A stretch of DNA of 64,000 nt from Craspedostauros australis (Eukaryota), in NCBI GenBank assembly GCA_030167865.1, contig JALAGF010005790.1:1-64000 (forward strand), given 5' to 3'. The position numbers were made by a program, and so were the translations under genes. Under the pieces are notes generated by a model. That model searched no databases. It was not told the origin of the DNA and saw nothing but the letters and a program-made list of their open reading frames with translations. This document shows positions 1 through 12,104 of the stretch, piece after piece. How positions within the stretch are numbered: position 1 is the first letter of the stretch; each line of letters starts with the position of its first letter.

Positions 1-63
1 CAACCCATAGGCCGTCATCCCTCACGCGGTATTGCTCCGTCAGGCTTTCGCCCATTGCGGAAA

Positions 64-95
<32 letters not shown>

Positions 96-357
96 ACCGT
101 GTCTCAGTTCCAGTGTGTCTGATCGTCCTCTCAAACCAGATACTGATCGTCGCCTTGGTAAGCCATTACCTTACCAACAAGCTAATCAGCCGCAAGCTTC
201 TCTTTAGGCGAAAAATTTCATTTCACTCGAAAGCATATGGGGTATTAGCAACCGTTTCCAATTGTTGTCCCCCTCCTAAAGGTAAATTCTTACGTGTTAC
301 TCACCCGTCCGCCACTTGAGTTAAAAACTCTCGTACGACTTGCATGTGTAAAGCATA

Positions 358-393
<36 letters not shown>

Positions 394-398
394 TTTAA
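1..398 (-). rRNA. rrs: 16S rRNA, 5' part (continues beyond window start)
   Basis: Reverse complement contains AGAGTTTGATCCTGGCTCAG (27F site) and ACTCCTACGGGAGGCAGCAG; 5' end approximate. Confidence 0.98.
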
Positions 399-666
399 AT
401 TTCCATAAATTTATTTTGAAATTAACTTTGTAATAAAGTTTATTTATAAAGTTAAATAATAGATTACTAAATGAAATGTAGAATAATGCTTTATATTATT
501 ATTAATTTGCTATACTTAAAAAAATATTTAAGATTATTTTGACAGTAATTAAAAGTTTAAGGATTTGGAAAGTTAAAAAGATTAAAAATTTTGTTGCAAG
601 ATAAGAATAAACTTATCTTGCAAAGAGTTAAACTTTTTTCATTACTAAATTTAATAGTACTTTTAT

Positions 667-1659
667 TTATAAGAAATTAATCAAATTATCTGAATCAAAT
701 AAATTTGCAAGAATTTCTGTTGATAAATAATCATTAATTGTACTATTTTGAGTAACTAAGTCATTCTGTTGAATAACTTCTTCAATAATTTGATTTGGTA
801 ATAACTGAATATCCAAATCTTTATAAGCTCTAAGCATATACTCTAATATTTCTGGTCTTTGGTTATACCAGAATTCTCTAATTTCATCTGGAATTTGATA
901 TTTATACCATAACATTGGTAAATAATGAAAAACAATTACATCTTTCATTTGACCATCAATTAAGAGTTTACTAGTTTCTCCTTCACGTGGAAGGAAGGGC
1001 ATAGTAAAAACAAGATGATTTAAACCATCACCTACTGCACCAAGGAAACCTAAAAAGACTGTTCCCGTAATATTTACTCCAACAATTGATGGTACTAGAC
1101 CTGTAAGAACTTCTTCAGTCCAATCTACTGCAGCTGCAAGATAGCACCATGGAACAGTATAAGGATTAATATAAATTAGCCAAGAAAGGCTAATTCGAAG
1201 AATTACAATTTGATAATAAATTAGTATGCCTATAAAAAAAACTTCACGAATGGTTTCTAAAAGACTTATATCTAAAGATTGATTTAATTGAATTTGCAAA
1301 AATTCTGAAAGCCAATCAGGTAGAAAATAAATATTATTATAATTTTCTATGTAAAAATTATAAAATCCTTCTTCTTTACTCTCATATATATATCTTACAA
1401 CAGTATCAATTTTAGGAGCAGCTCCAAATATTAATTCAAACCATGATTGAGGTTCTTGAAGTGGAGGAAAAAATGTTTCATGCTTTGGAAGACTAATACG
1501 AAATTGTTCTCGAACATAAAGTTCATTCGGCATATCATAAATAGTTGCCATCCCAGGATTTTGTGGATAACCAAAAAATCCTGCGATTAGTTTAAAAAAA
1601 TTATCTACCATATCATAAATGGTAGTTCGGAATGGAGTAAACTTTTCGTCTAAACTCAT
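667..1659 (-). CDS. ycf89: conserved diatom plastid protein Ycf89
   Basis: 330-aa ORF between rrs and trnP, the usual ycf89 position; contains YGGT-like hydrophobic segment (LSWLIYINPY). Confidence 0.85.
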   Translation of the reverse strand: MSLDEKFTPFRTTIYDMVDNFFKLIAGFFGYPQNPGMATIYDMPNELYVREQFRISLPKHETFFPPLQEPQSWFELIFGAAPKIDTVVRYIYESKEEGFYNFYIENYNNIYFLPDWLSEFLQIQLNQSLDISLLETIREVFFIGILIYYQIVILRISLSWLIYINPYTVPWCYLAAAVDWTEEVLTGLVPSIVGVNITGTVFLGFLGAVGDGLNHLVFTMPFLPREGETSKLLIDGQMKDVIVFHYLPMLWYKYQIPDEIREFWYNQRPEILEYMLRAYKDLDIQLLPNQIIEEVIQQNDLVTQNSTINDYLSTEILANLFDSDNLINFL

Positions 1660-1858
1660 TAGAATGTTTAAGTTAATATTACGTTACTATTATAATTTAA
1701 TGAAATAAGAAAAATAATGTGAGATAATAGTATGTAAACGAAATAAGATAAAATTATATCTATTAACTCAACACAAGAAAAGATAAAAACCTTAATTACT
1801 TTATTATTGAAGTTAACATTATTTCTTAAGAAATTTTAATAAAAGTTTTCAGTATAAA

Positions 1859-1932
1859 TCGGGATAGTAGGATTTGAACCTACGACCCCCTGCTCCCAAA
1901 GCAGGTGCTCTACCAAGCTGAGCTATATCCCG
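1859..1932 (-). tRNA. trnP: tRNA-Pro(UGG)
   Basis: Cloverleaf on minus strand, anticodon loop TTTGGGA. Confidence 0.96.
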
Positions 1933-2006
1933 AATTATATAACTTAATGTAATTAATAAGTTATCTAGTTTGTTATCTTACTAAATTTTTATTAATTACA
2001 CAAGTT

Positions 2007-2705
2007 TTAATTCGAATTGTTATTTTTAATTTTTATCTTATAGTTGTCATGATAAATTTGCCACTTTAATCCATACCAATCAATCCAATCTTGTTCTGTC
2101 CACAATTCCCAATTAACCAATTTTTCATCTAAAATTTCCTCACTAGGATGAATACCCTCTTCTTCGATTTTTATCCATCGCCTACGACCTTGTATAATAT
2201 ATTTTCGTAGAGGATTTGGACTACGTTTAAAAAGAGTACGTACAAAAGTTGTAATTCTATTAATAAATTGGACTCTATTTATAGTTCTTAAAATTTGTCT
2301 GACCCGTGTTTTAGGTTCAGGTTCTGGTAAAAAAGGATCAGGAAACCAGGGTTTTAAATTTCTATAAGGCCACGTTTGTTCACAGTAATATAAAAGATCA
2401 CCAATTGTATCAATTTGACAGGCTAATTTATTATTTGGTTTTAAATCATATTCACATTCTAAAACACAAACTAAAAATGTTAAATTTCCAGGATCAAAAT
2501 GCAAATCATTCAGAAAACTAGATTTTTCGCTAATAATCTCTACATCTATTTTTAAAATTCGAACGAACTTTTGTTTTAGTCTCTTAAATATAATCTCTTT
2601 GTCATAATCTACTAGAGTATATGATCCGTGCCAATAAACAGAAATATTTTCCCACCAATCATCAGTAGTTAGATCATAAACAGTATTTTGATTTAGCTCC
2701 ATCAA
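2007..2705 (-). CDS. 232-aa ORF with a central divergent acyl-carrier-protein-like domain (conserved Ser replaced by Pro)
   Basis: Residues ~36-111 align by eye to ACP (SSFLNDLHFDPGNLTFLVCVLECEYD vs [26 protein letters not shown]); position beside trnP matches acpP. Confidence 0.65.
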   Translation of the reverse strand: MMELNQNTVYDLTTDDWWENISVYWHGSYTLVDYDKEIIFKRLKQKFVRILKIDVEIISEKSSFLNDLHFDPGNLTFLVCVLECEYDLKPNNKLACQIDTIGDLLYYCEQTWPYRNLKPWFPDPFLPEPEPKTRVRQILRTINRVQFINRITTFVRTLFKRSPNPLRKYIIQGRRRWIKIEEEGIHPSEEILDEKLVNWELWTEQDWIDWYGLKWQIYHDNYKIKIKNNNSN

Positions 2706-2747
2706 CTTTTCAGTATTATTTTATTGATTTAAGTTTAGTGAAAAAAT

Positions 2748-2804
2748 ATGATTAAAAACATTTATTACAAGTCAAACGAACTTGTAATAGATGTTTTTAA
2801 TCAT
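2748..2804. terminator. stem-loop downstream of psaB
   Basis: atgattaaaaacatttattacaag ... cttgtaatagatgtttttaatcat. Confidence 0.7.
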
Positions 2805-2814
2805 ATTTAAACTT

Positions 2815-5016
2815 CTATGCAAACTTACCAGAAGTGGAAGCAATAACAAATGCTGCGTATGTTAAAATATAACCTACAGCAAAGTGGACTAAACCAACTA
2901 AACGAGCTTGTACAATTGAAAGAGCTACAGGTTTATCACGCCAACGTAATAAATTTGCTAATGGTGTACGTTCATGAGCCCAAACTAAAGTTTCAATTAA
3001 TTCTTGCCAATATCCACGCCATGAAATTAAAAACATAAAGCCTGTTGCCCAAATTAAATGACCAAATAAGAACATCCAAGCCCACACAGATAAATTATTC
3101 ATACCAAATGGATTATAACCATTAATTAATGGTGATGAATTTAACCATAAGTAATCACGTAACCAACCCATAATATAATTTGACGATTCATCAAATTGAC
3201 CTGGATTACCACTCCAAATTGTTACATGTTTCCAATGCCAATAGAAGGTAACCCAACCAATGGTATTTAACATCCAAAACATTGCTAAATAAAAAGCATC
3301 CCAAGCTGAAATATCACAGGTACCACCACGACCTGGACCATCACAAGGGAAACTATATCCAAAGTCTTTTTTATCTGGCATTAATTTTGAACCACGTGCA
3401 TCTAAAGCACCTTTAACTAAAATTAAAGTTGTTGTATGTAATCCTAAAGCAATTGCATGATGGACTAAGAAATCACCCGGTCCAATCTTTAAAAATAAAT
3501 CATTTTTGCTATTATTAATTGCTTCTAACCAACCAGGTAACCAAATTTGATTACCTGCAACAGTAGCAGGACTTGTTGAAGATGATAATAGAACATTAAA
3601 TTCATAAACAGCTTTACCTGAAGCAGCTTGAATATATTCAGCAAAAATAGGTTCAAATAATATTTGTTTTTCAGGTTGACCAAAAGCAACTACCGTATCA
3701 TTATGGATATACAATCCTAATGTATGGAAGCCTAAAAATAAGGAAACCCAACTTAGATGAGAAATAATGGCTTCTTTATGTTCAAGCATTCGTGCTAAAA
3801 CATTATTTTGATTTAGTTCAGGATCATAATCCCGTACAAAAAAGATTGCTCCATGAGCAAAAGCACCAACCATTAAGAATCCAGCAATATATTGATGGTG
3901 AGTATATAAAGCAGCTTCTGTTGTAAAATCTTTAGATAGAAAGGCATAAGGTGTTAAAGCATACATATGTTGGGCAGTTAACGATGTAGCCACACCTAAT
4001 GATGCTAATGCTAAACCTAATTGCATATGTAATGAATTTGTAATAGTTTCAAACAATCCAACATGACCTTGGCCTAAACGACCTCCAGGAGGACGATGCG
4101 CATCTAAAATTTCTTTCATATTATGACCAATACCAAAATTAGTACGGTACATATGACCAGCTACAATGAAGACAACTGCAATAGCTAATTGATGATGAGC
4201 AATATCAGTTAACCATAACGATTGTGTTTGAGGATGGAAACCACCTACAAATGTTAAAATTGCTGTACCTGCACCTTTACTAGTACCATAAATGTGTTGA
4301 GCCGTATCTGGATTTTCAGCATATACAGTCCAATTTCCTGTAAAAAATGGAGTTAAACCTGCAGGATGAGGTGGAGTTGTTAAAAAATTATCCCAACCAA
4401 TACTAATACCACGTGAAGCCGGTATAGCTACATGAACAAGATGACCAGTCCAAGCTAAAGAACTTACACCAAATAAACCAGATAAATGATGATTTAAACG
4501 TGATTCATTATTTTTAAACCATGATAAGCTTGGTCGGAATTTTGGCTGTAAATGTAACCAGCCTGCAAATAATAAAATACATGATAACAATAATAAACCA
4601 ATAGAACCTGCATATAATTGTTGATTTGTTCTAAACCCAATAGTATACCACCATTGATAAACTCCTGAGTATGCTATATTTACTGGATATGTATTGCCTT
4701 TACTAAATGCTTTTAAAGCCGAATCGCCAAAATGAGGGTCCCAAATTGCATGCGCAATTGGTTTAACTTTTAACGGATTTGTAACCCATTTTTCAAAATT
4801 CCCTTGCCATGCTACATGAAATAAATTTCCTGCTGTCCATAAAAAAATAATAGCCAAATGACCAAAATGTGAAGCAAAAATTTTTTGATATAAATTTTCT
4901 TCAGTCATGCCATCATGTGCTTCTAAATCATGTGCTGTAGCGATCCCATACCAAATTCTTCTAGTTGCTGGGTCTTGAGCAAGGGCCTGACTAAACTTTG
5001 GAAATTTAGTTGCCAT
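2815..5016 (-). CDS. psaB: photosystem I P700 apoprotein A2
   Basis: [32 protein letters not shown]. Confidence 0.99.
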   Translation of the reverse strand: MATKFPKFSQALAQDPATRRIWYGIATAHDLEAHDGMTEENLYQKIFASHFGHLAIIFLWTAGNLFHVAWQGNFEKWVTNPLKVKPIAHAIWDPHFGDSALKAFSKGNTYPVNIAYSGVYQWWYTIGFRTNQQLYAGSIGLLLLSCILLFAGWLHLQPKFRPSLSWFKNNESRLNHHLSGLFGVSSLAWTGHLVHVAIPASRGISIGWDNFLTTPPHPAGLTPFFTGNWTVYAENPDTAQHIYGTSKGAGTAILTFVGGFHPQTQSLWLTDIAHHQLAIAVVFIVAGHMYRTNFGIGHNMKEILDAHRPPGGRLGQGHVGLFETITNSLHMQLGLALASLGVATSLTAQHMYALTPYAFLSKDFTTEAALYTHHQYIAGFLMVGAFAHGAIFFVRDYDPELNQNNVLARMLEHKEAIISHLSWVSLFLGFHTLGLYIHNDTVVAFGQPEKQILFEPIFAEYIQAASGKAVYEFNVLLSSSTSPATVAGNQIWLPGWLEAINNSKNDLFLKIGPGDFLVHHAIALGLHTTTLILVKGALDARGSKLMPDKKDFGYSFPCDGPGRGGTCDISAWDAFYLAMFWMLNTIGWVTFYWHWKHVTIWSGNPGQFDESSNYIMGWLRDYLWLNSSPLINGYNPFGMNNLSVWAWMFLFGHLIWATGFMFLISWRGYWQELIETLVWAHERTPLANLLRWRDKPVALSIVQARLVGLVHFAVGYILTYAAFVIASTSGKFA

Positions 5017-5084
5017 AAATAGTTTATACCTTTATATATATAAATTAATTGTGAATATAAATATCTGAAATAAATTTCATTAAG

Positions 5085-7343
5085 TTAACTTATCGAAATA
5101 GCACGTGCTAAGAAGAATGACCAAGTTGTTCCAATTCCACCCAATAAATAATGAGCTAAACCTACTGCACGACCTTGTGTAATACTTAAAGCACGTGGTT
5201 GAATTGCAGGAGCAAAATTTAATTTGTTATGCGCCCATACAATTGATTCAATTAATTCTTGCCAATATCCACGACCACTAAATAAGAACATTAAACTAAA
5301 TGCCCAAATAAAATGTGCACCTAAGAAGATTAAACCATAAGCTGACGATGCTGATCCATAAGATTGAATTACTTGCGATGCCTGTGACCATAAAAAATCA
5401 CGTAACCAACCATTAATTGTAATTGCACTCTTAGCAAAATTACCACCTGTAATATGTGATATTACCCCATCAGGCGAAATAGTCCCCCAAACATCAGATT
5501 GCATTTTCCAACTAAAATGGAAAATCACCACAGAAATACAATTATACATCCAGAATAAGCCTAAAAAAACATGATCCCAACTAGAACTTTGACAAGTACC
5601 ACCACGGCCAGGACCATCACAAGGAAAACGGAAACCTAAATTAACTTTATCTGGGATTAATTTAGAACTTCGAGCGTATAATACGCCTTTTAATAAAATT
5701 AAAACCGTTACATGAATCGTAAAAGCATGTATATGATGGACCATAAAATCTGCAGTACCTAATTTGATAGGCATCATAGCGATTTTACCACCTACTTCAA
5801 CAACTTCTCCACCAAAAGCGTAACTTGTAGTTGCTAAAGCATTGGGAGCAGTAGTCCCAGGTGCTAACAAATGAATATTTTGAATCCATTGAGCGAAAAT
5901 TGGTTGTAACTGAATAGCTTTATCTGAAAACATATCCTGTGGACGACCTAATGCTCGCATTGTATCATTATGAATATAAAATCCAAATGCATGGCAACCT
6001 AAAAAAATACAAACCCAATTTAAATGTGAGATAATCGCATCACGATGTCTTAGTACACGATCTAATAAATTATTATAATTATTAGCTGGTGTATAATCAC
6101 GAACCATAAAGATAGCTCCATGTGCTGCACCACCTACTACACAAAATCCTCCAATCCACATATGATGTGTAAATAATGAAAGTTGTGTTGCATAATCCGT
6201 TGCAATATAAGGATATGGTGGCATTGCATACATATGATGAGCAACAATAATACTTAAAGAACCCATCATTGCTAAATTAATAGCTAATTGAGCATGCCAT
6301 GAAGTTGTTAAAATTTCGTATAAACCTTTATGGCCTTCACCTGTGAATGGACCTTTATGAGCTTCCAAAATTTCTTTCATACTATGACCAATACCCCAAT
6401 TAGTACGATACATATGGCCTGCAACAATAAAGAGCACTGATAAAGCTAAATGATGATGTGCAATATCACTTAACCATAAACCGCCTGTTACTGGATTTAA
6501 ACCACCTTTAAATGTCAAAAAATCAGAATAGACTCCCCAATTACCACTAAAAAATGGTCCTAAACCTTTTGAAAAACTAGGATATAATTGACTCATTAAA
6601 TCACGGTTAAGCAAAAATTCATGTGGTAAAGGAATTTCTTGCGGTGATACACCTGCGTCTAATAATTTATTAATAGGTAAGGCAATATGAATTTGATGCC
6701 CAGACCATGATAAACATCCTAAACCTAATAAACCTGCTAAATGATGATTCATCATTGATTCGGCATTTTGAAACCATTCTAATTTTGGTGCTGCTTTATG
6801 ATAATGGAACCAACCTGCAAAAAGCATAATCGCTGACATAGCTAATCCACCTATTGCAATCCAATATAATTCAACTTCACTTGTGATCCCTTCTGCTCGC
6901 CACATTTGGAACCAACCAGAAGTTGTTTGAACACCTTGAAAGTTTCCACCAACATCACCATTTAAAATTTCTTGACCTACAATTGGCCAAACAACTTGAG
7001 AACTTTGTTTAATGTTAATCGGATCGGTTAACCAAGCTGAATAATTTGAAAAATATGCTCCATGGAAATGCATTCCACTAATCCATAAAAATATAACAGC
7101 TAATTGGCCAAAATGTGCACTAAAAATTTTACGCGAAACTTCTTCCAAGGAACTCGTCTGATTATCAAAATCATGAGCATCGGCATGCAAGTTCCAGATC
7201 CAAGTAGTAGTTTTTGGACCTTTTGCTAAAGTTCGTGAAAAATGACCAGGTTGTGCCCATTTAGCGAAACTTGTTTCGACCGCATCTTTTTCAACAAAAA
7301 CTTGAACATTTTTTGCACGACGGTCCGTAGAGCTAATTGCCAT
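5085..7343 (-). CDS. psaA: photosystem I P700 apoprotein A1
   Basis: [13 protein letters not shown]; start placed at MAISS (ATG 7343) after AAGGAG. Confidence 0.99.
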   Translation of the reverse strand: MAISSTDRRAKNVQVFVEKDAVETSFAKWAQPGHFSRTLAKGPKTTTWIWNLHADAHDFDNQTSSLEEVSRKIFSAHFGQLAVIFLWISGMHFHGAYFSNYSAWLTDPINIKQSSQVVWPIVGQEILNGDVGGNFQGVQTTSGWFQMWRAEGITSEVELYWIAIGGLAMSAIMLFAGWFHYHKAAPKLEWFQNAESMMNHHLAGLLGLGCLSWSGHQIHIALPINKLLDAGVSPQEIPLPHEFLLNRDLMSQLYPSFSKGLGPFFSGNWGVYSDFLTFKGGLNPVTGGLWLSDIAHHHLALSVLFIVAGHMYRTNWGIGHSMKEILEAHKGPFTGEGHKGLYEILTTSWHAQLAINLAMMGSLSIIVAHHMYAMPPYPYIATDYATQLSLFTHHMWIGGFCVVGGAAHGAIFMVRDYTPANNYNNLLDRVLRHRDAIISHLNWVCIFLGCHAFGFYIHNDTMRALGRPQDMFSDKAIQLQPIFAQWIQNIHLLAPGTTAPNALATTSYAFGGEVVEVGGKIAMMPIKLGTADFMVHHIHAFTIHVTVLILLKGVLYARSSKLIPDKVNLGFRFPCDGPGRGGTCQSSSWDHVFLGLFWMYNCISVVIFHFSWKMQSDVWGTISPDGVISHITGGNFAKSAITINGWLRDFLWSQASQVIQSYGSASSAYGLIFLGAHFIWAFSLMFLFSGRGYWQELIESIVWAHNKLNFAPAIQPRALSITQGRAVGLAHYLLGGIGTTWSFFLARAISIS

Positions 7344-7517
7344 TAGTTTTCTCCTTTTGGGAGACAAAAATATAGGAAACACTCATATAAAAAATAAAAA
7401 TAAATCAATTAATTATGAGTTTTCATTATTAAATTGTATACAACTTAATACTTTTTTATAGAAATTAAAACCTTTTTTGTTATAGATAAAAAATTTGTTA
7501 TCTAGTTTATAATAAAA

Positions 7518-7652
7518 CTAGATAACAAAAAAGTATAAACCCAACATATCAGGAAAAAAACGATTTATTTCAATAATAAACCCAGCAGTGAAACTTAGCC
7601 AAATTGTTAAAAGAACGGGAGCTGTTGACAAATATTTTTGAAAATTTTCCAT
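7518..7652 (-). CDS. psaJ: photosystem I subunit IX
   Basis: Manual translation [44 protein letters not shown]. Confidence 0.95.
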   Translation of the reverse strand: MENFQKYLSTAPVLLTIWLSFTAGFIIEINRFFPDMLGLYFFVI

Positions 7653-7710
7653 AAAAATTGTAAAAAATGAATATATAGAGGTATTATTAAATTGAATTTT
7701 TAAAGAAAAC

Positions 7711-8268
7711 CTATCTTGGCGATATAGTTACTTCATTATCTGGTGCCACTAATTCATTACTTATTAATTCTTGCCAAGCAGAAATAGGCCAAATATAGCC
7801 TGTCATCATAATTTTTAGAGCTAATGGAACATTAATAATAATTTCGCTTTCTGTAGGATTTTTAACGGTACTAATAGCTCGTATATATTTTCGACCAACC
7901 CAACCAATCCAACCAGATATATAAATGAAACCAAAACCGGGAAGAATAAATTCAGCTGCATGAGTCCATCGACCATCTGCTATTAAATGCGGAAGGCCAT
8001 CAGTACCACATAATAATTCAGATTTACTATACTTATCAAAACGAGCATTTGTACGATTAATTTGTTGTTTCAAAGCTAAAGCTGGTGGTGAGCCAACTTC
8101 ATATTGAATCATTCGCTGATCTAATTTTTTGATACTTGTTTTTAAACGTTTGTTAAAAGCAGATGACTCGCTACATTTTTTTAATCCTCCAATATCTGCA
8201 AATGCTTGCGTTGGTGTAAAAATTAAAAACAGCGCAAAAAGTAAACTTATTAACTTAGAAAATTTCAT
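7711..8268 (-). CDS. psaF: photosystem I subunit III
   Basis: [19 protein letters not shown]. Confidence 0.98.
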   Translation of the reverse strand: MKFSKLISLLFALFLIFTPTQAFADIGGLKKCSESSAFNKRLKTSIKKLDQRMIQYEVGSPPALALKQQINRTNARFDKYSKSELLCGTDGLPHLIADGRWTHAAEFILPGFGFIYISGWIGWVGRKYIRAISTVKNPTESEIIINVPLALKIMMTGYIWPISAWQELISNELVAPDNEVTISPR

Positions 8269-8380
8269 TATTTAAATCTATTTATATTATTCCTTTTGGT
8301 AAAAAACATTAAAAAGATAAATCTTGATTAGTGTGGTAATTATTTAAATAGTATAAAGAATGTAATATTTATACATTAAA

Positions 8381-8497
8381 TTATTCAAAATCTTTACGGT
8401 TTGGATTTCTTGAAGGATCACCTGAAAGAAGTCCAAAAATAAATAAAGAAACAAAAAATATAACTGTTGTATAGACTAAAATTTTTAACGTTAGCAT
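8381..8497 (-). CDS. psbI: photosystem II protein I
   Basis: [38 protein letters not shown]. Confidence 0.97.
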   Translation of the reverse strand: MLTLKILVYTTVIFFVSLFIFGLLSGDPSRNPNRKDFE

Positions 8498-8586
8498 TTA
8501 ATTTTTTTTAATTACTTTTAATAATATTAATTATACTAAAAGAAAATAATAATAAATCATTTTTTTTTAGCCTAGTTATCTTAGAA

Positions 8587-9282
8587 ATGGATTGGTTGCT
8601 TCATTGGTATCGAACCAACTCTAACAAACCTTACATAAGCAGCTTAACAACTACTTATTTCACAAGTAATGACAATCGGAGACAAGAACGTATTTTTGAT
8701 TTGTTCAAATTATTATCTTTTATCAAAGGGCGCCAAAATTCAGAAATATTTCTGGATGAACAGGTTTATTACCTCGTAGAAGCCCCTCTCAGTCAGTTCA
8801 TCGATAACGCCCACGAACCATCGCCATCGAAGAAAACATTAAGTATCTTACACAATCTACGGACACTGGAATCAATCTTGGAAAGTTTTGACGACTCTCA
8901 ATTTAGAAGTTTAGTCTCCTTTCCATATTTAAAAATTAAGAAAGTTAGTCGGGTTTGGATTTTTACGATTGCTATCCCAAAACAACTTTATCAGTATCCT
9001 TACCCGTATCAATTTACAAAATATTTACTTCAGTCGAAAAATAAGTACCATCAACAGGCTCAATATTTTGTAATTCAAGCAATCGATACTTACTCGTTCG
9101 ATAAATATTTTTCGATACACCAATTTATTTCACAATTCAATCTTTCTAATCAAAAAGTCGCACAAATTAAAGAATTGGTCAAATCTAACATTATTGAGAA
9201 ACAATTTAAAATAATTAATAAGAATGGATCCATAAAATACTCTGCACATTTGATAACAAAACTTATTGGTCAAGCCAATTAA
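8587..9282 (+). pseudogene. C-terminal half of a ~500-aa plasmid-type Rep-like protein family
   Basis: Aligns by eye with 48324-49229 and 63053-63721 (FKLLSFIK/FRFLQFIA/FQLLAYLK; LYQYPYPYQFT/LHLYSYQFSFP); N-terminal half absent. Confidence 0.7.
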
Positions 9283-9518
9283 ATTTATACAAAAGAAAAC
9301 GTAAAATACAACCTTTTATTACAACAAATCTAAGATAGGTTAGACTAACCATATTTAAATTACAAAAAAACCGCTATTAATTACTTTTTTACAAATATAA
9401 AAAGTCTTAAATGGCTAAAGTATATCTAAGAAAAAAAACTATAATTTTATATTTTATTAACCATTGACAGAATATTTTTATATAATTGTAATCTGGAAGT
9501 AATTTTAATAATTTATCT

Positions 9519-10311
9519 ATGACCTTATTTGTAACATTTCCTAAACGACATTATGAAATTAATGATGCTTATGTCATGGCGCTAACTTTTATACTTTTTT
9601 TTCAGTAACTAGGATTGCTAAGGACGTAGTCCAAAGACGTGCTGAAAATAAAAAAAATCTGAGAAAGTCCAGGTTCCAAATCCGCGAGGTGGTACTGCAT
9701 TGCAATTTTCGGATGAAAATGAATTTGCGTTCACCATATTATCATGTATAGCTGATAACGAAACATATTTAGTCACAAACCAAGAAATCAGAAAATTAAT
9801 CTTTAAGTTAGTTAAAAAGAAAGTTGGAAATGCTATCCCAAGTAATCAGGTTAGACTGTTTGTGAGAGTAATAGGGTCCGCTGCAATCGGTATTTTCGGA
9901 GCTCTTTTTGCAAGCTTACCTTACGCTGTCATTTTAATGATAATGTATTTCGATGGAACTCAGAATTATTATGAGTGCAATAAACACTTTGAGCGTTTAC
10001 CTCAAGGTGAACCTATCAATATTTACGAACATAATCCAGCGGATCATTTAGTTATCAGTGATAATGCTGAAGCTCGTCAAGTAGAAATATATAATCCAAA
10101 AGGCGTGACAGAACAAGTCACTCAGGATAAGAGAATAGTTTCTACAACATATCAGAAGTCACGAAAAAAAGTTAAAGAAGTCAAATTTTCTGACTTCAAA
10201 AAGACCGATCCAGTACGATCAACATTTGAAGATTTATCTGAACCACATATCCCCCAAACACCTTGTGTGCTTGACAACATTCATGAAATTATCGAGCTCG
10301 GAATAGATTAA
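9519..10311 (+). pseudogene. frameshifted accessory membrane-protein ORF (203-aa open part at 9700-10311)
   Basis: ATG at 9519 behind TTGACA-17-TGTAAT; frame broken near a poly-T run; hydrophobic segment VIGSAAIGIFGALFASLPYAVILMIMYF. Confidence 0.5.
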
Positions 10312-10607
10312 TTCTTAAGAAACATAACTATAGACTGAGTAAAGAACAACAAAAGCAATCGATTCGTGAAGGTATTTTTAAAGACAATATTTTTTTTAAT
10401 CGGATCTGCTGCTACTGAAATTAGGAATCGACCTGTCTTTCAAAAAAAAACATCACTTTCGTTACCTTGAATTTACCAACTTCAATGTTCTAGTAACAAT
10501 TAATTTATTTGTTGCTAGAACATCTACCAGAACTATATTTTAACATAATTAAAGGGCTTAGAAGTGACCTTAGAAATTATATCTAATATATGTTAAGAAT
10601 CAAGGAT

Positions 10608-10820
10608 TAAAAGTTTTTGGGCTGGAACTAAGATCAATTTCTCCGGTGAAAATGCGGAACAATTTTACAAGATTTTATAACAACACAAGTTTGGAACATT
10701 TTATTGAAGAATCTTGCCATAAAGTACGTGCTAAATCCAAACGAAAACATGCTTCTTGGCATCGGAATTCCAGAGGCTTGATTCTAAAAATTGGCAATAG
10801 AACTAGTTCTAACTACTGCA
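10608..10820 (+). pseudogene. fragment of the Rep_trans-like plasmid ORF family
   Basis: SFWAGTKINFSGENAEQFYK and FIEESCHKVRAKSKRKHASWHRNSRGLILKIGNRTSSNY match 49882-50316. Confidence 0.75.
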
Positions 10821-11127
10821 TCCTTGCTAAAAAAACCGGAAAAGCATTTATTCCCGTTAATATCAATTCGTAATAAGATTCCTGATCGTTATCTAATAAG
10901 AAATCCATGTTTTGCATAGATAAATAGCCTTCCACAAGGAGATAATCATTACGGTCAGCATTATAGAAAAAGTTATCTGCTAGTCCACCCCATAACATTA
11001 AATAAAATGTTTCTTCTGTATCCCATTGTGTAAATTGAACGTGAACTTTTATGCTAGATATTTCAGCTTCTACACGGTAAAAATTTTGAAAATCTAAGAC
11101 TTGAACTATAACTGTAACATAATTCAT
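10813..11127 (-). CDS. ycf41: Ycf41 (SSB-like)
   Basis: LWGGLADN...DYLLVEGYL OB-fold-like motif; position after ycf39. Confidence 0.8.
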   Translation of the reverse strand: MNYVTVIVQVLDFQNFYRVEAEISSIKVHVQFTQWDTEETFYLMLWGGLADNFFYNADRNDYLLVEGYLSMQNMDFLLDNDQESYYELILTGINAFPVFLARMQ

Positions 11128-11134
11128 ACAACTT

Positions 11135-12094
11135 TTAAATAATCAAAGTTTTCTGTTTCTGAATATCTTCAAAGTTAATATCTCGTAGACGTTTTAATAA
11201 GCGAACAAAATATTCTAAAAAATAATCATCTAATTGAATAATTTCAGACGAATCTACCTTAAAAAATTTATATAAATCAAATGTGGCTTTTGAAAAATTT
11301 TTCTCTGTATTTAAAATTTCAACAAAGGCTAATCTATCACTAATATTCTGCCCCCACTCAAAAAATCCAAAAAAACCACTAATAATTTTTAAAATAATTA
11401 AAGGAATTTTTTGTACTTTTGCCGTTTGCCCTGCTAATTGTTCACATAAATCTATAATTTCAGAGGAAATCCAACCTTTTAAACCACTTAAAAAAAATGT
11501 TTGATTAGCCGTTTGAGGAAGTTGTAACGAACGGATACAAAATTTTGCAATATCTTGCGTATCCATATATGCAATATTTGTACTTTCATTTGTTATCCAG
11601 ATTGGTAAATTTTCGAGGATTGGAATAGCATATTGTTCTATTAATCCTTGATAAAATCCAGTTAAACGAAATACTGTATATGGTAAACCTGAGTCTTTTA
11701 ATTTATTTTCAATACCATATTTTAATTTCATAAGTGGTATATTATTAAATTGTTCAACATTTTGAGCGGAGAAGAAAATAAAACGTTTAATATTCGCTGC
11801 TTTTGCCGCTTCAATTAAATAAGATTTCCCATCCCAATCAACATTTTTTAAGGAATCTAATTCAGTTGGGCGACTGGTCGAAACATCAATAATAGCTGTA
11901 ATTCCTTTTAAACAAGGGGGAATTGTTTCGGGACGACTTAAATCACCATAAATAAGCTCTACCCCCCATTCTTTTAAAAAACCTGCTTTTCGAAAATTTC
12001 TCACTAAACATCGAACTTGGTATCCTTTTGTAAGAGCTTGTAAAACAATTTGGCGTCCTAGGGTTCCAGTTCCACCAATAATAAGTAAACTCAT
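11135..12094 (-). CDS. ycf39: Ycf39 NAD(P)-binding protein
   Basis: MSLLIIGGTGTLGRQIV. Confidence 0.96.
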   Translation of the reverse strand: MSLLIIGGTGTLGRQIVLQALTKGYQVRCLVRNFRKAGFLKEWGVELIYGDLSRPETIPPCLKGITAIIDVSTSRPTELDSLKNVDWDGKSYLIEAAKAANIKRFIFFSAQNVEQFNNIPLMKLKYGIENKLKDSGLPYTVFRLTGFYQGLIEQYAIPILENLPIWITNESTNIAYMDTQDIAKFCIRSLQLPQTANQTFFLSGLKGWISSEIIDLCEQLAGQTAKVQKIPLIILKIISGFFGFFEWGQNISDRLAFVEILNTEKNFSKATFDLYKFFKVDSSEIIQLDDYFLEYFVRLLKRLRDINFEDIQKQKTLII

Positions 12095-12104
12095 ATCTTA
12101 AATT

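Noticed and set aside
32..319. 95-aa ORF
   Set aside because: Antisense to 16S rRNA; a common spurious ORF
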